A stretch of DNA of 64,000 nt from Balanoglossus misakiensis (GCA_040954595.2 CM082593.2:11483477-11547476); one strand, 5' to 3'; shown: positions 25,701 through 41,000, counted from the stretch's first letter. Numbers and translations: made by a program. Notes: generated by a model from the letters alone, not told the origin.

Positions 25701-28589
25701 GACTTGATCACCGTTGCTAACGAACGCTAGTGTCTGTCATGGTGTGCCGTGGTTTTAGTCGAGCCAGGCCGTAGGAGATCTGACTTGATCATCGTGGTCA
25801 ATGTACGCGTGTTTCCGCTCTAAAGCGCCGGTGCTTCAGCTAAACCAGGCCGTAGGAAATCTGACGTAATCACCGTTGATAACTTACGCCAGTCTGTGTC
25901 ATATAGAGCCGGTGCACCAGCCGAGTCACGCCGTAGGAAATCTGACTTGATCAACGTGGTCAATGTACGCCTGTTTCTGCTCTAGAGTGCCGGGGCTTCA
26001 GCTGAGCCAGGCCGTAGGAAACCCGACGTGATTACCGTTGTTAACTTACGCCAGTCTGTGTCCTATATATAGTGCCGGGGCATCAGCCGTGCCAGGCCGA
26101 AGGAAATGTGAGTAGATCAACGTGTTCTCTGTACGCGTGTTTCTGCTCTAGAGTGCCAGGGCTTTAGCCAAGCCATGCCGTAGGAAATATGACTTGATCA
26201 GTGTGTCTGTCATAGTGTGCCGGGGTTTTAGTCGAGCCAAGCCGTAGGAGATCTGACTTGATCATCGTGGTCAATGTACGCGTGTTTCCGCTCTAAAGTG
26301 CCGGGGCTTCAGCTAAACCAGACCGTAGGAAATCCGACGTAATCACCGTTGATAACTTACGCCAGTCTGTGTCATATAGAGCCGGTGCACCAGCCGAGTC
26401 ACGCCGTAGGAAATCTGACTTGATCAACGTGGTCAATGTAAGCCTGTTTCTGCTCTAGAGTGCCGGGGCTTCAGCTGAGCCAGGCCGTAGGAAACCCGAC
26501 GTGATTACCGTTGTTAACTTACGCCAGTCTGTGTCAGGCCGTAGGAAACCCGACGTGATTACCGTTGTTAACTTACGGCAGTCTGTGTCCTATATATAGT
26601 GCCGGGGCATCAGCCGTGCCAGGCCGAAGGAAATGTGAGTAGATCAACGTGGTCTCTGTACGCGTGTTTTTGCTCTAGAGTGTCAGGGCTTTAGCAAAGC
26701 CATGCCGTAGGAAATCTGACTTGATCAACGTTGCTAACGAACGCTAGTGTCTGTTATAGTGTGCCGGGGTTTTAGTCGAGCCAAGCCGTAGGAGAGCAGA
26801 CTTGATCAACGTGGTCTCTGTACGCGTGTTTCTGCTCTAGAGTGCCGGGGCTTTATCCAAGCCATGCCGTTGAAAATCTGACTTGATCACCGTTGCTAAC
26901 GTACGCTAGTGTCTGTCATATTGTGACGGAGATTTAGCCGAGCGAGGCCGTAGAAAAATCGACTCGTTCAACGTTACCAGTGTGCAACTGTTTCTGCTCT
27001 AGAGTGTCAGGGTTTTAGCCGACTTATGCTGTAGGAAATCTGAGTTGATGAACGGGAATTCAATGTTAGAAAACCCGTGTGGAAAGTATCTCTACCCGTT
27101 TGAAACTAAGAAAAGAATTTATTCTTATGTATTTCGTAAAAAAGACAATTTTTCGAAAAAAAGTCGAAAATGGTAATTTTGTCTTGGGTGATTCAAATTA
27201 TACCACCTTTTCTGGAATTTGCAGCACTTTTTACAAGAGAACGACACTTCATGCTCCATAATATTTCCGAAAATGAAGAAAAGAGTTTATTTTTAAAGAT
27301 TTTTTTTAAAAATGTACCGTTTTTGTCAAAATATGGCCAAATGGCTATTTTTTCTTGAATTCCGTCAATATCTCTGCATTTTTGGAGTGGTCGCAAGTTT
27401 TAACATACAATCAACATGTCATATATGATCAGGGCACCAAATTCGAAGAAAAAGTTTTTTTTTAGTTTTTTTTCTAAAAATGACATTTTCAAGGAAAATT
27501 TGGTAAAAAGCAATTTTGTCTGCAGTGAGCCAAATTAGACGGTCTTTTGTGGAATTTGTATCGATATATACATACGAAGAGCATTCTATACTCCATCAGA
27601 TTTCCGAAAATGTAGAAAACAGGTATTTTTTGTAATTTTCAAAAATTTACCATTTTGACCAATTTGTGGCTAAAATTTTTATTTTCGTGTTGAATGCCGC
27701 TAGTGTCACTGCATTTAAAAGTCATAAAAACTTTTAACATACAAGCAATTCTTTATATATGATCAGGTCACCGAATTACAAAAATAAAGAATGTTTTGCC
27801 TAAAAATGACCTTTTTGGTGCAAAAACGAATAAAATGCAATCTTGTATTAAATCAGTTCATTCAGAGTGCATTTTTTATAATCAGCACCTTTTTTACATA
27901 TAATGGAAATTTCATACATCATCAGACATCCAAATATGAAAAAATGATTTAGATTTTAGATGATTGTCCAAAATTAGCTGATATCTAATAAATGTAGTAT
28001 TGAACCGTTCTGTCACCCCCCCCCCCTACATTATATGCGGTACGCCGATGTCAGCTTACCCGGCAGTACTGAAGGCCGTGCCCCCAACTAACGTCGGTGT
28101 TTGAAACGCCCTGGTTAAATTCGGGCTCTCTCTATAAATTGACAGGCAATAATGCAGTCCTACCCGAACAAATGTCGAGTGTTGACCCGCTGTGACTTTC
28201 CCTCTTCGGTTTGCCCGACTTAGCCATCGTCTTTGTACTAGAGTGTCGGGTCTTTTGCAGAGCCAGGCCGAAAGAAATCCGACTTGATCACCGTTGCTAA
28301 CGAACGCTAGTGTCTGTCATGGTGTGCCGGGGTTTTAGTCGAGCCAGGCCGTAGGAGATCTGACTTGATCATCGTGGTCAATGTACGCGTGTTTCCGCTC
28401 TAAAGCGCCGGTGCTTCAGCTAAACCAGGCCGTAGGAAATCCGACGTAATCACCGTTGATAACTTACGCCAGTCTGTGTCATATAGAGCCGGTGCACCAG
28501 CCGAGTCACGCCGTAGGAAATCTGACTTGATCAACGTGGTCAATGTACGCCTGTTTCTGCTCTAGAGTGCCGGGGCTTCAGCTGAGCCA

Positions 28590-31500
28590 GGCCGTAGGAA
28601 ACCCGACGTGATTACCGTTGTTAACTTACGCCAGTCTGTGTCCTATATATAGTGCCGGGGCATCAGCCGTGCCAGGCCGAAGGAAATGTGAGTAGATCAA
28701 CGTGGTCTCTGTACGCGTGTTTCTGCTCTAGAGTGCCAGGGCTTTAGCCAAGCCATGCCGTAGGAAATCTGACTTGATCAACGTTGCTAACGAACGCTAG
28801 TGTCTGTCATAGTGTGCCGGGGTTTTAGTCGAGCCAAGCCGTAGGAGATCAGACTTGATCAACGTGGTCTCTGTACGCGTGTTTCTGCTCTAGAGTGCCG
28901 GGGCTTTATCCAAGCCATGCTGTAGAAAATCTGACTTGATCACCGTTGCTAACGTACGCTAGTGTCTGTCATATTGTGACGGAGATTTAGCCGAGCCAGG
29001 CCGTAAAAAAATCGACTTGTTCAACGTTATCAGTGTGCAACTGTTTCTGCTCTAGAGTGTCAGGGTTGTAGCCGATTTATGCTGTAGGAAATCAGAGTTG
29101 ATGAACGGGAATTCAATGTTAGAAAACCCGTGTGGAAAGTATCTCTACCCGTTTGAAACTAAGAAAAGAATTTATTCTTATTTATTTTGTAAAAAAGACA
29201 ATTTTTCGAAAAAAAGGCGAAAATGGTAATTTTGTCTTGGGTGATTCAAATTATACCACCTTTTCTGGAATATGCAGCACTTTTTACAAGAGAACGACAC
29301 TTCATGCTCCATAATATTTCCGAAAATGAAGAAAAGAGTTAATTTTTTATGATTTTTTAAAAATTTACCATTTTATTCAAAATATGGCCAAAATGGCTAT
29401 TTTATCTTGAATTCCGTCAATATCTCTGCATTTTTGGAGTGGTCGAAAGTTTTAACATACAATCAACATGTCATATATGATCGGGGCACCAAATTCAAAG
29501 AACAAAGGTTTTTTTATTTTTTTTCTAAAAATGATATTTTCAAGGAATATTTGGTAAAACGCAATTTTGTCTGCAGTGAGCCAAATTAGACGGTCTTTTG
29601 TGGAATTTGTATCGATATATACATACGAAGAGCATTCTATACTCCATCAGATTTCCGAAAATGTAGAAAACAGGTATTTTTTGTAATTTTGAAAAATTTT
29701 CCATTTTGACCAAATTGTGGCTAAAATTGTTATTTTCGTGTTGAATGCCGCCAGTGTCACTGCTTTTAAAAGTCATAAAAACTTTTAACATACAAGCAAT
29801 TCTTTATATATGATCAGGTCACCGAATTAAAAAAATAAAGAATGTTTTGCCTAAAAATGACCTTTTAGGTGCAAAAACGAATAAAACGTAATTTTGTATT
29901 AAATCAGCTCATTCAGAGTGCATTTTTTATAATCAGCACCATTTTTACATATAATGGAAATTTCATACATCATCAGATATCCAAATATGAAAAAATGATT
30001 TAGATTTTAGATGATTGTCCAAAATTAGCTGATATCTAATAAATGTAGTATTGAACCGTTCTGTTTCCCCCCCCCTACATTATATGCGGTACGCCGATGT
30101 CAGCTTACCAGGCAGTACTGCAGGCCGTGCCCCCAACTAACGTCGGTGTTTGAAACGCCCTGGTTAAATTCGGGCTTTCTCTATAAATTGACAGGCAATA
30201 ATGTAGTCCTACCCGAACAAATGTCGAGTGTTGACCCGCTGTGACTTTCCCTCTTCGTTTGGCCCGACTTAGCCAACGTCTTTGTACTAGAGTGTCGGGT
30301 CTTTTGCCGAGCCAGGCCGAAGGAAATCCGACTTGATCACCGTTGCTAACGAACGCTAGTGTCTGTCATGGTGTGCCGGGGTTTTAGTCGAGCCAGGCCG
30401 TAGGAGATCTGACTTGATCATCGTGGTCAATGTACGCGTGTTTCCGCTCTTAAGTGCCGGGGCTTCAGCTAAACCAGACCGTAGGAAATCCGACGTAATC
30501 ACCGTTGATAACTTACGCCAGTCTGTGTCATATAGAGCCGGTGCACCAGCCGAGTCACGCCGTAGGAAATCTGACTTGATCAACGTGGTCAATGTAAGCC
30601 TGTTTCTGCTCTAGAGTGCCGGGGCTTCAGCTGAGCCAGGCCGTAGGAAACCCGACGTGATTACCGTTGTTAACTTACGCCAGTCTGTGTCCTATATATA
30701 GTGCCGGGGCATCAGCCGTGCCAGGCCGAAGGAAATGTGAGTAGATCAACGTGTTCTCTGTACGCGTGTTTCTGCTCTAGAGTGCCAGGGCTTTAGCCAA
30801 GCCATGCCGTAGGAAATATGACTTGATCAACGTTGCTAACGAACGCTAGTGTCTGTCATAGTGTGCCGGGGTTTTAGTCGAGCCAAGCCGTAGGAGATCT
30901 GACTTGATCATCGTGGTCAATGTACGCGTGTTTCCGCTCTAAAGTGCCGGGGCTTCAGCTAAACCAGACCGTAGGAAATCCGACGTAATCACCGTTGATA
31001 ACTTACGCCAGTCTGTGTCATATAGAGCCGGTGCACCAGCCGAGTCACGCCGTAGGAAATCTGACTTGATCAACGTGGTCAATGTAAGCCTGTTTCTGCT
31101 CTAGAGTGCCGGGGCTTCAGCTGAGCCAGGCCGTAGGAAACCCGACGTGATTACAGTTGTTAACTTACGCCAGTCTGTGTCAGGCCGTAGGAAACCCGAC
31201 GTGATTACCGTTGTTAACTTACGGCAGTCTGTGTCCTATATATAGTGCCGGGGCATCAGCCGTGCCAGGCCGAAGGAAATGTGAGTAGATCAACGTGGTC
31301 TCTGTACGCGTGTTTCTGCTCTAGAGTGTCAGGGCTTTAGCAAAGCCATGCCGTAGGAAATCTGACTTGATCAACGTTGCTAACGAACGCTAGTGTCTGT
31401 CATAGTGTGCCGGGGTTTTAGTCGAGCCAAGCCGTAGGAGAGCAGACTTGATCAACGTGGTCTCTGTACGCGTGTTTCTGCTCTAGAGTGCCGGGGCTTT

Positions 31501-34500
31501 ATCCAAGCCATGCCGTTGAAAATCTGACTTGATCACCGTTGCTAACGTACGCTAGTGTCTGTCATATTGTGACGGAGATTTAGCCGAGCGAGGCCGTAGA
31601 AAAATCGACTCGTTCAACGTTACCAGTGTGCAACTGTTTCTGCTCTAGAGTGTCAGGGTTTTAGCCGACTTATGCTGTAGGAAATCTGAGTTGATGAACG
31701 GGAATTCAATGTTAGAAAACCCGTGTGGAAAGTATCTCTACCTGTTTGAAACTAAGAAAAGAATTTATTCTTATGTATTTCGTAAAAAAGACAATTTTTC
31801 GAAAAAAAGTCGAAAATGGTAATTTTGTCTTGGGTGATTCAAATTATACCACCTTTTCTGGAATTTGCAGCACTTTTTACAAGAGAACGACACTTCATGC
31901 TCCATAATATTTCCGAAAATGAAGAAAAGAGTTTATTTTTTAAGATTTTTTAAAAATGTACCGTTTTTGTCAAAATATGGCCAAATGGCTATTTTTTCTT
32001 GAATTCCGTCAATATCTCTGCATTTTTGGAGTGGTCGCAAGTTTTAACATACAATCAACATGTCATATATGATCAGGGCACCAAATTCGAAGAAAAAGTT
32101 TTTTTTTAGTTTTTTTTCTAAAAATGACATTTTCAAGGAAAATTTGGTAAAAAGCAATTTTGTCTGCAGTGAGCCAAATTAGACGGTCTTTTGTGGAATT
32201 TGTATCGATATATACATACGAAGAGCATTCTATACTCCATCAGATTTCCGAAAATGTAGAAAACAGGTATTTTTTGTAATTTTCAAAAATTTACCATTTT
32301 GACCAAATTGTGGCTAAAATTGTTATTTTCGTGTTGAATGCCGCCAGTGTCACTGCTTTTAAAAGTCATAAAAACTTTAAACATACAAGCAATTGTTTAT
32401 ATATGATCAGGTCACCGAATTAAAAAAAATAAAGACTGTTTTGCCTAAAAATGACCTTTTTGGTGCAAAAACGAATAAAACGCAATTTTGTATTAAATCA
32501 GCTCATTCAGAGTGCATTTTTTATAATCAGCACCATTTTTACATATAATGGAAATTTCATACATCATCAGATATCCAAATATGAAAAAATGATTTAGATT
32601 TTAGATGATTGTCCAAAATTAGCTGATATCTAATAAATGTAGTGTTGAACCGTTCTGTTCCCCCCCCCCTACATTATATGCGGTACGCCGATGTCAGCTT
32701 ACCCGGCAGTACTGCAGGCCGTGCCCCCAACTAACGTCGGTGTTTGAAACGCCCTGGTTAAATTCGGGCTTTCTCTATAAATTGACAGGCAATAATGCAG
32801 TCCTACCCGAACAAATGTCAAGTGTTGACCCGCTGTGACTCTCCCTCTTCGGTTTGCCCGACTTAGCCAACGTCTTTGTACTAGAGTGTCGGGTCTTTTG
32901 CAGAGCCAGGCCGAAGGAAATCCGACTTGACCACCGTTGCTAACGAACGCTAGTGTCTGTCATGGTGTGCCGGGGTTTTAGTCGAGCCAGGCCGTAGGAT
33001 ATCTGACTTGATCATCGTGGTCAATGTACGCGTGTTTCCGCTCTAAAGTGCCGGGGCTTCAGCTAAACCAGACCGTAGGAAATCCGACGTAATCACCGTT
33101 GATAACTTACGCCAGTCTGTGTCATATAGAGCCGGTGCACCAGCCGAGTCACGCCGTAGGAAATCTGACTTGATCAACGTGGTCAATGTAAGCCTGTTTC
33201 TGCTCTAGAGTGCCGGGGCTTCAGCTGAGCCAGGCCGTAGGAAACCCGACGTGATTACCGTTGTTAACTTACGCCAGTCTGTGTCAGGCCGTAGGAAACC
33301 CGACGTGATTACCGTTGTTAACTTACGCCAGTCTGTGTCCTATATATAGTGCCGGGGCATCAGCCGTGCCAGGCCGAAGGAAATGTGAGTAGATCAACGT
33401 GGTCTCTGTACGCGTGTTTCTGCTCTAGAGTGCCAGGGCTTTAGCCAAGCCATGCCGTAGGAAATCTGACTTGATCAACGTTGCTAACGAACGCTAGTGT
33501 CTGTCATAGTGTGCCGGGGTTTTAGTCGAGCCAAGCCGTAGGAGATCAGACTTGATCAACGTGGTCTCTGTACGCGTGTTTCTGCTCTAGAGTGCCGGGG
33601 CTTTATCCAAGCCATGCTGTAGAAAATCTGACTTGATCACCGTTGCTAACGTACGCTAGTGTCTGTCATATTGTGACGGAGATTTAGCCGAGCCAGGCCG
33701 TAAAAAAATCGACTTGTTCAACGTTATCAGTGTGCAACTGTTTCTGCTCTAGAGTGTCAGGGTTGTAGCCGATTTATGCTGTAGGAAATCAGAGTTGATG
33801 AACGGGAATTCAATGTTAGAAAACCCGTGTGGAAAGTATCTCTACCCGTTTGAAACTAAGAAAAGAATTTATTCTTATTTATTTTGTAAAAAAGACAATT
33901 TTTCGAAAAAAAGGCGAAAATGGTAATTTTGTCTTGGGTGATTCAAATTATACCACCTTTTCTGGAATATGCAGCACTTTTTACAAGAGAACGACACTTC
34001 ATGCTCCATAATATTTCCGAAAATGAAGAAAAGAGTTAATTTTTTATGATTTTTTAAAAATTTACCATTTTATTCAAAATATGGCCAAAATGGCTATTTT
34101 ATCTTGAATTCCGTCAATATCTCTGCATTTTTGGAGTGGTCGAAAGTGTTAACATACAATCAACATGTCATATATGATCGGGGCACCAAATTCAAAGAAC
34201 AAAGGTTTTTTTATTTTTTTTCTAAAAATGATATTTTCAAGGAATATTTGGTAAAACGCAATTTTGTCTGCAGTGAGCCAAATTAGACGGTCTTTTGTGG
34301 AATTTGTATCGATATATACATACGAAGAGCATTCTATACTCCATCAGATTTCCGAAAATGTAGAAAACAGGTATTTTTTGTAATTTTGAAAAATTTTCCA
34401 TTTTGACCAAATTGTGGCTAAAATTGTTATTTTCGTGTTGAATGCCGCCAGTGTCACTGCTTTTAAAAGTCATAAAAACTTTTAACATACAAGCAATTCT

Positions 34501-37500
34501 TTATATATGATCAGGTCACCGAATTAAAAAAATAAAGAATGTTTTGCCTAAAAATGACCTTTTAGGTGCAAAAACGAATAAAACGTAATTTTGTATTAAA
34601 TCAGCTCATTCAGAGTGCATTTTTTATAATCAGCACCATTTTTACATATAATGGAAATTTCATACATCATCAGATATCCAAATATGAAAAAATGATTTAG
34701 ATTTTAGATGATTGTCCAAAATTAGCTGATATCTAATAAATGTAGTATTGAACCGTTCTGTTTCCCCCCCCCCCTACATTATATGCGGTACGCCGATGTC
34801 AGCTTACCAGGCAGTACTGCAGGCCGTGCCCCCAACTAACGTCGGTGTTTGAAACGCCCTGGTTAAATTCGGGCTTTCTCTATAAATTGACAGGCAATAA
34901 TGTAGTCCTACCCGAACAAATGTCGAGTGTTGACCCGCTGTGACTTTCCCTCTTCGTTTGGCCCGACTTAGCCAACGTCTTTGTACTAGAGTGTCGGGTC
35001 TTTTGCCGAGCCAGGCCGAAGGAAATCCGACTTGATCACCGTTGCTAACGAACGCTAGTGTCTGTCATGGTGTGCCGGGGTTTTAGTCGAGCCAGGCCGT
35101 AGGAGATCTGACTTGATCATCGTGGTCAATGTACGCGTGTTTCCGCTCTTAAGTGCCGGGGCTTCAGCTAAACCAGACCGTAGGAAATCCGACGTAATCA
35201 CCGTTGATAACTTACGCCAGTCTGTGTCATATAGAGCCGGTGCACCAGCCGAGTCACGCCGTAGGAAATCTGACTTGATCAACGTGGTCAATGTAAGCCT
35301 GTTTCTGCTCTAGAGTGCCGGGGCTTCAGCTGAGCCAGGCCGTAGGAAACCCGACGTGATTACCGTTGTTAACTTACGCCAGTCTGTGTCCTATATATAG
35401 TGCCGGGGCATCAGCCGTGCCAGGCCGAAGGAAATGTGAGTAGATCAACGTGTTCTCTGTACGCGTGTTTCTGCTCTAGAGTGCCGGGGCTTTAGCCAAG
35501 CCATGCCGTAGGAAATATGACTTGATCAACGTTGCTAACGAACGCTAGTGTCTGTCATAGTGTGCCGGGGTTTTAGTCGAGCCAAGCCGTAGGAGATCTG
35601 ACTTGATCATCGTGGTCAATGTACGCGTGTTTCCGCTCTAAAGTGCCGGGGCTTCAGCTAAACCAGACCGTAGGAAATCCGACGTAATCACCGTTGATAA
35701 CTTACGCCAGTCTGTGTCATATAGAGCCGGTGCACCAGCCGAGTCACGCCGTAGGAAATCTGACTTGATCAACGTGGTCAATGTAAGCCTGTTTCTGCTC
35801 TAGAGTGCCGGGGCTTCAGCTGAGCCAGGCCGTAGGAAACCCGACGTGATTACAGTTGTTAACTTACGCCAGTCTGTGTCAGGCCGTAGGAAACCCGACG
35901 TGATTACCGTTGTTAAATTACGGCAGTCTGTGTCCTATATATAGTGCCGGGGCATCAGCCGTGCCAGGCCGAAGGAAATGTGAGTAGATCAACGTGGTCT
36001 CTGTACGCGTGTTTCTGCTCTAGAGTGTCAGGGCTTTAGCAAAGCCATGCCGTAGGAAATCTGACTTGATCAACGTTGCTAACGAACGCTAGTGTCTGTC
36101 ATAGTGTGCCGGGGTTTTAGTCGAGCCAAGCCGTAGGAGAGCAGACTTGATCAACGTGGTCTCTGTACGCGTGTTTCTGCTCTAGAGTGCCGGGGCTTTA
36201 TCCAAGCCATGCCGTTGAAAATCTGACTTGATCACCGTTGCTAACGTACGCTAGTGTCTGTCATATTGTGACGGAGATTTAGCCGAGCGAGGCCGTAGAA
36301 AAATCGACTCGTTCAACGTTACCAGTGTGCAACTGTTTCTGCTCTAGAGTGTCAGGGTTTTAGCCGACTTATGCTGTAGGAAATCTGAGTTGATGAACGG
36401 GAATTCAATGTTAGAAAACCCGTGTGGAAAGTATCTCTACCTGTTTGAAACTAAGAAAAGAATTTATTCTTATGTATTTCGTAAAAAAGACAATTTTTCG
36501 AAAAAAAGTCGAAAATGGTAATTTTGTCTTGGGTGATTCAAATTATACCACCTTTTCTGGAATTTGCAGCACTTTTTACAAGAGAACGACACTTCATGCT
36601 CCATAATATTTCCGAAAATGAAGAAAAGAGTTTATTTTTTAAGATTTTTTAAAAATGTACCGTTTTTGTCAAAATATGGCCAAATGGCTATTTTTTCTTG
36701 AATTCCGTCAATATCTCTGCATTTTTGGAGTGGTCGCAAGTTTTAACATACAATCAACATGTCATATATGATCAGGGCACCAAATTCGAAGAAAAAGTTT
36801 TTTTTTAGTTTTTTTTCTAAAAATGACATTTTCAAGGAAAATTTGGTAAAAAGCAATTTTGTCTGCAGTGAGCCAAATTAGACGGTCTTTTGTGGAATTT
36901 GTATCGATATATACATACGAAGAGCATTCTATACTCCATCAGATTTCCGAAAATGTAGAAAACAGGTATTTTTTGTAATTTTCAAAAATTTACCATTTTG
37001 ACCAAATTGTGGCTAAAATTGTTATTTTCGTGTTGAATGCCGCCAGTGTCACTGCTTTTAAAAGTCATAAAAACTTTAAACATACAAGCAATTGTTTATA
37101 TATGATCAGGTCACCGAATTAAAAAAAATAAAGACTGTTTTGCCTAAAAATGACCTTTTTGGTGCAAAAACGAATAAAACGCAATTTTGTATTAAATCAG
37201 CTCATTCAGAGTGCATTTTTTATAATCAGCACCATTTTTACATATAATGGAAATTTCATACATCATCAGATATCCAAATATGAAAAAATGATTTAGATTT
37301 TAGATGATTGTCCAAAATTAGCTGATATCTAATAAATGTAGTGTTGAACCGTTCTGTTCCCCCCCCCTACATTATATGCGGTACGCCGATGTCAGCTTAC
37401 CCGGCAGTACTGCAGGCCGTGCCCCCAACTAACGTCGGTGTTTGAAACGCCCTGGTTAAATTCGGGCTTTCTCTATAAATTGACAGGCAATAATGCAGTC

Positions 37501-37690
37501 CTACCCGAACAAATGTCAAGTGTTGACCCGCTGTGACTCTCCCTCTTCGGTTTGCCCGACTTAGCCAACGTCTTTGTACTAGAGTGTCGGGTCTTTTGCA
37601 GAGCCAGGCCGAAGGAAATCCGACTTGACCACCGTTGCTAACGAACGCTAGTGTCTGTCATGGTGTGCCGGGGTTTTAGTCGAGCCAGGC
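28590..37690. repeat. Recent ~4.7-kb higher-order duplication (one short plus one long macrosatellite unit)
   Basis: Identical ORF-track products at offsets 4697-4699 (29132/33829, 30356/35055, 31725/36424). Private variants are shared (AAAAGGCGAAAATGG, CGTTATCAG, GGGTTGTAGCC, GACTCTCCC). Confidence 0.88.
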
Positions 37691-37813
37691 CGTAGGAGAT
37701 CTGACTTGATCATCGTGGTCAATGTACGCGTGTTTCCGCTCTAAAGTGCCGGGGCTTAAGCTAAACCAGGCCGTAGGAAATCCGACGTAATCACCGTTGA
37801 TAACTTACGCCAG

Positions 37814-37846
<33 letters not shown>

Positions 37847-38019
37847 TTTATTTCACTTCCAATTTTTTTACATCGAATGGTGAAAAAGAAAATGTACTAT
37901 TTAAGTGAAAAAGGAGGTAGGAAAAATAGTGCATTCGCACTAGTCAAGTCCATCCCCTCATGGTGAACAGTAGAACACTTGGTTAGTAATACATACAAAA
38001 GGAAGAAATAAAAGTCAAA

Positions 38020-41000
38020 CTATACTTTTCCTAACAAGGATTTCATATGTTTCTTAAATGAAAATTTTGACCTTGTTGAGCGCATATTTTCAGGAAGTTT
38101 ATTCCAAACCTTTGCTGCAGTGTACTTTATGGAATTTTGGCCAGCATTACTGTTATATTTCGGAATAAAAAGATCACCTATATCTTTTGATCTGGTATGA
38201 TAAGAGTGTTGAATAGGAACGAAATACTCTGAGAATCCTGGTGGAAGCTTGCCATTAAGAGCATCATGAACAAACAAGGACAGTTGAAGATCACGTTGCT
38301 TGTATACATTCAAAATATGTAACTCATTAAACAATGGTGAAGAGTGTGCAAGACGGTCTGATCCCGCCAATACACGTACAATTCTTTTCTGTGTAACAAG
38401 TATTGGCCTCAAAAAAGATAAATAAGTATTTCCCCAAGTTTCTATAGCATAGGAAATGTGTGGGAGGATAAAACAATTGTACAATAGTATAAGAATATGT
38501 CGTGGGACAACATCCCTTAACCTATAAAGAATACCAGTCTTCATACTATTCGTTCTGTTTACATTTCTAATGTGATGTTTCCATGTTAACTTATTGTCTA
38601 TTTCTACACCGATATACTTAGTTGTTTGTACTTCGTCTATTGTTACCCCTTTAACATCAATTTCTCCTGTTGTCTCTACTGACACGTTCTTACCTCTAAA
38701 AATAACATATTCAGTTTTCTTTGAGTGTACAGTTAATTTGTTGGCATCACACCAGTTTATAACATTTTTCAATTGTGAATTAACTTCTGAGAGATCTATT
38801 ATATTTCTTGGATTAAATGTATGAAATAGACTGGTATCGTCTGCAAATAGACGCGTGTCAAAATACCTTGCTGCCCCTGTTATATCATTTACATAGATGA
38901 GAAAAAGTGTTGGACCCAGCACAGAACCTTGTGGAACTCCACAGGATATTTGTAATTCATCTGATCGTACCCCATTTACATTTACATGTTGCCTTCTGTT
39001 GGTCAAATAGCTTCTAAAAAGATTTTTAGGGAGTCCCCTAACACCATAATTGTCCAGTTTGTCTATCAAAATGTCATGATTCGCGGTGTCAAATGCTTTC
39101 TTCAAGTCAAGAAATATCCCGATAACCTTATTTCCCATATCAATTTCGTCCAGAATTTTCTGTGCTAGTTCCACAATTGCCAATTTAGTACTATAATTCT
39201 CTCTGAAGCCATACTGGTAAGGGTACAGTAAATCAAATTTGTTAAAATAGGAAATAATTTGCTTATTAATAAGTTTTTCAAAAATTTTACTAATTTGTGG
39301 CAATACAGACACTGGTCTAAAATTACCTGGATCAGTCGTCTCTCCTTTTTTGAAGATAGGAGTCACTTTTGCTATTTTTAAGGAATCTGGGAAAATTCAA
39401 GTTGTGATCGTTAAATTGATAATATAACTAAGAGGCTTAGAAATATATAATGCTGCATTGATTAACAATTTTGGGCTAATGTAGTCATAACCCACTGCCT
39501 TCCGCGTATCTAATGCTTGAAGTAATTTAAAAACTTCTTGTTCAGAGGTTCCTTGAAGAAAAAAAGAATGCAATGTACAATGTGATAAGTATAACAAGTA
39601 ACTTTTGTTTGAATGAGTTATACTACTAGCAAGAGCCTCTCCAATTTAGACAAAAAACTCATTAAACCCATTGACAATGTCACAATGGGTGATCAGGGTA
39701 GTCTGCCGACCAGCTGAAGACATTTGTAAACTACTTGGTAGATTTACATGTTTACCACCACCCCTCAAAATATCATTAATAATTTTCTATGTCTTACTAG
39801 TATCTGCTTGATAGTATGTAAACTGGTCAGAATAATAATCTTGCTTAGCCTTTTTCAGAATATTTGTAAGCATGTTCCGGTAGCATTTGTATTTTGTAAA
39901 GACGTCTGGCCGATAATTAGTTTTTAAGACATTTGAGTAGAGCTTGTGTTTCTGGTCAATTGATTTTTTAGGTCCCATTGGTATAGGCCTATATACCATG
40001 GGACCTTATGGGATGGGTTGCGTCTGTATGTATGTATGGATGGATGGATGGATGGATGTATGTATGTCTGTATGTCCGTCCACATCAAAAACTTGAAAAC
40101 CGCTGCGCGTATCACCTCAATATTTGGTGTGTAGGTGCAGGCAGGGCTGTAGATGGGAGTTTGTCCAAACGAAGTTGCCAGGCCCAAAAATATGCAAATA
40201 TGCTTGTAAAATGTGAAATTGATCAAAACTCTGTAAGTCAGCAACTACTGGTCAGATTGCTTTGAAAATTGGTATGTATGTACCTTATGTCAACCTCACA
40301 CCGACCTGTAAGTGTTAAGTTGATATCATGGATGTTTTATTTTTTATGAATTTTTTAGTCTTTTTATTAAATTTATACCTTTACTTATACCTCTATGGTT
40401 AAGCTATGTCCACGTCTTATTGTGGAATTCTGGTCTGTGCAATAGTCCTGTACAGTGACTGTCTATTGGTCAGTGAGCACAATGGGGCCAAAATAAAAGG
40501 CAAATTTTTGGGCTCACCTGTAACACCTTCTTAACACATTAATTATGTGCATACCTAATTCCGGGCTAACTAATAGGGCTAGAGGTTTCGTTCTTGTGGG
40601 ACATGGACCAGTATAGGGTCAAAATTTTTTGCCCAAATTTTGGGTGACCTCAGGTGACCTTTGACCTACTTTCCTATATCTCGGCATCCAGAGCAGGTAC
40701 AGACTTGGCGTTTGGAGGGTTGGGACTAAAATTGAAAAGCCAAAATATGGGTCACCAGTGACACCTGCATATCTCATTAATTATGTGCATACCTAATTCC
40801 AGGCTAACCAATAGGGCTATAGGTTTGGTTTTTGTTGAACATGGACCAGTATAGGGTCAAAATTTCTTGCCCAAATTTTGCATGACCTCAGGTGACCTTT
40901 GACCTACTTTTCCATATCTTGGCATCCAGAGCAGGTACAGACTTGGCGTTTGGAGGATTGGCACTAAAATTGAAAAGCCAAAATTGGGGGTCACCTGTGA

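Noticed and set aside
30356-30614. 81-bp monomer as a 27-aa coding repeat (TTLIKSDFLRR...)
   Set aside because: Open frames span only ~3 monomers. Stops and an 85-bp monomer break the frame in every unit, and no start or splice context is evident.
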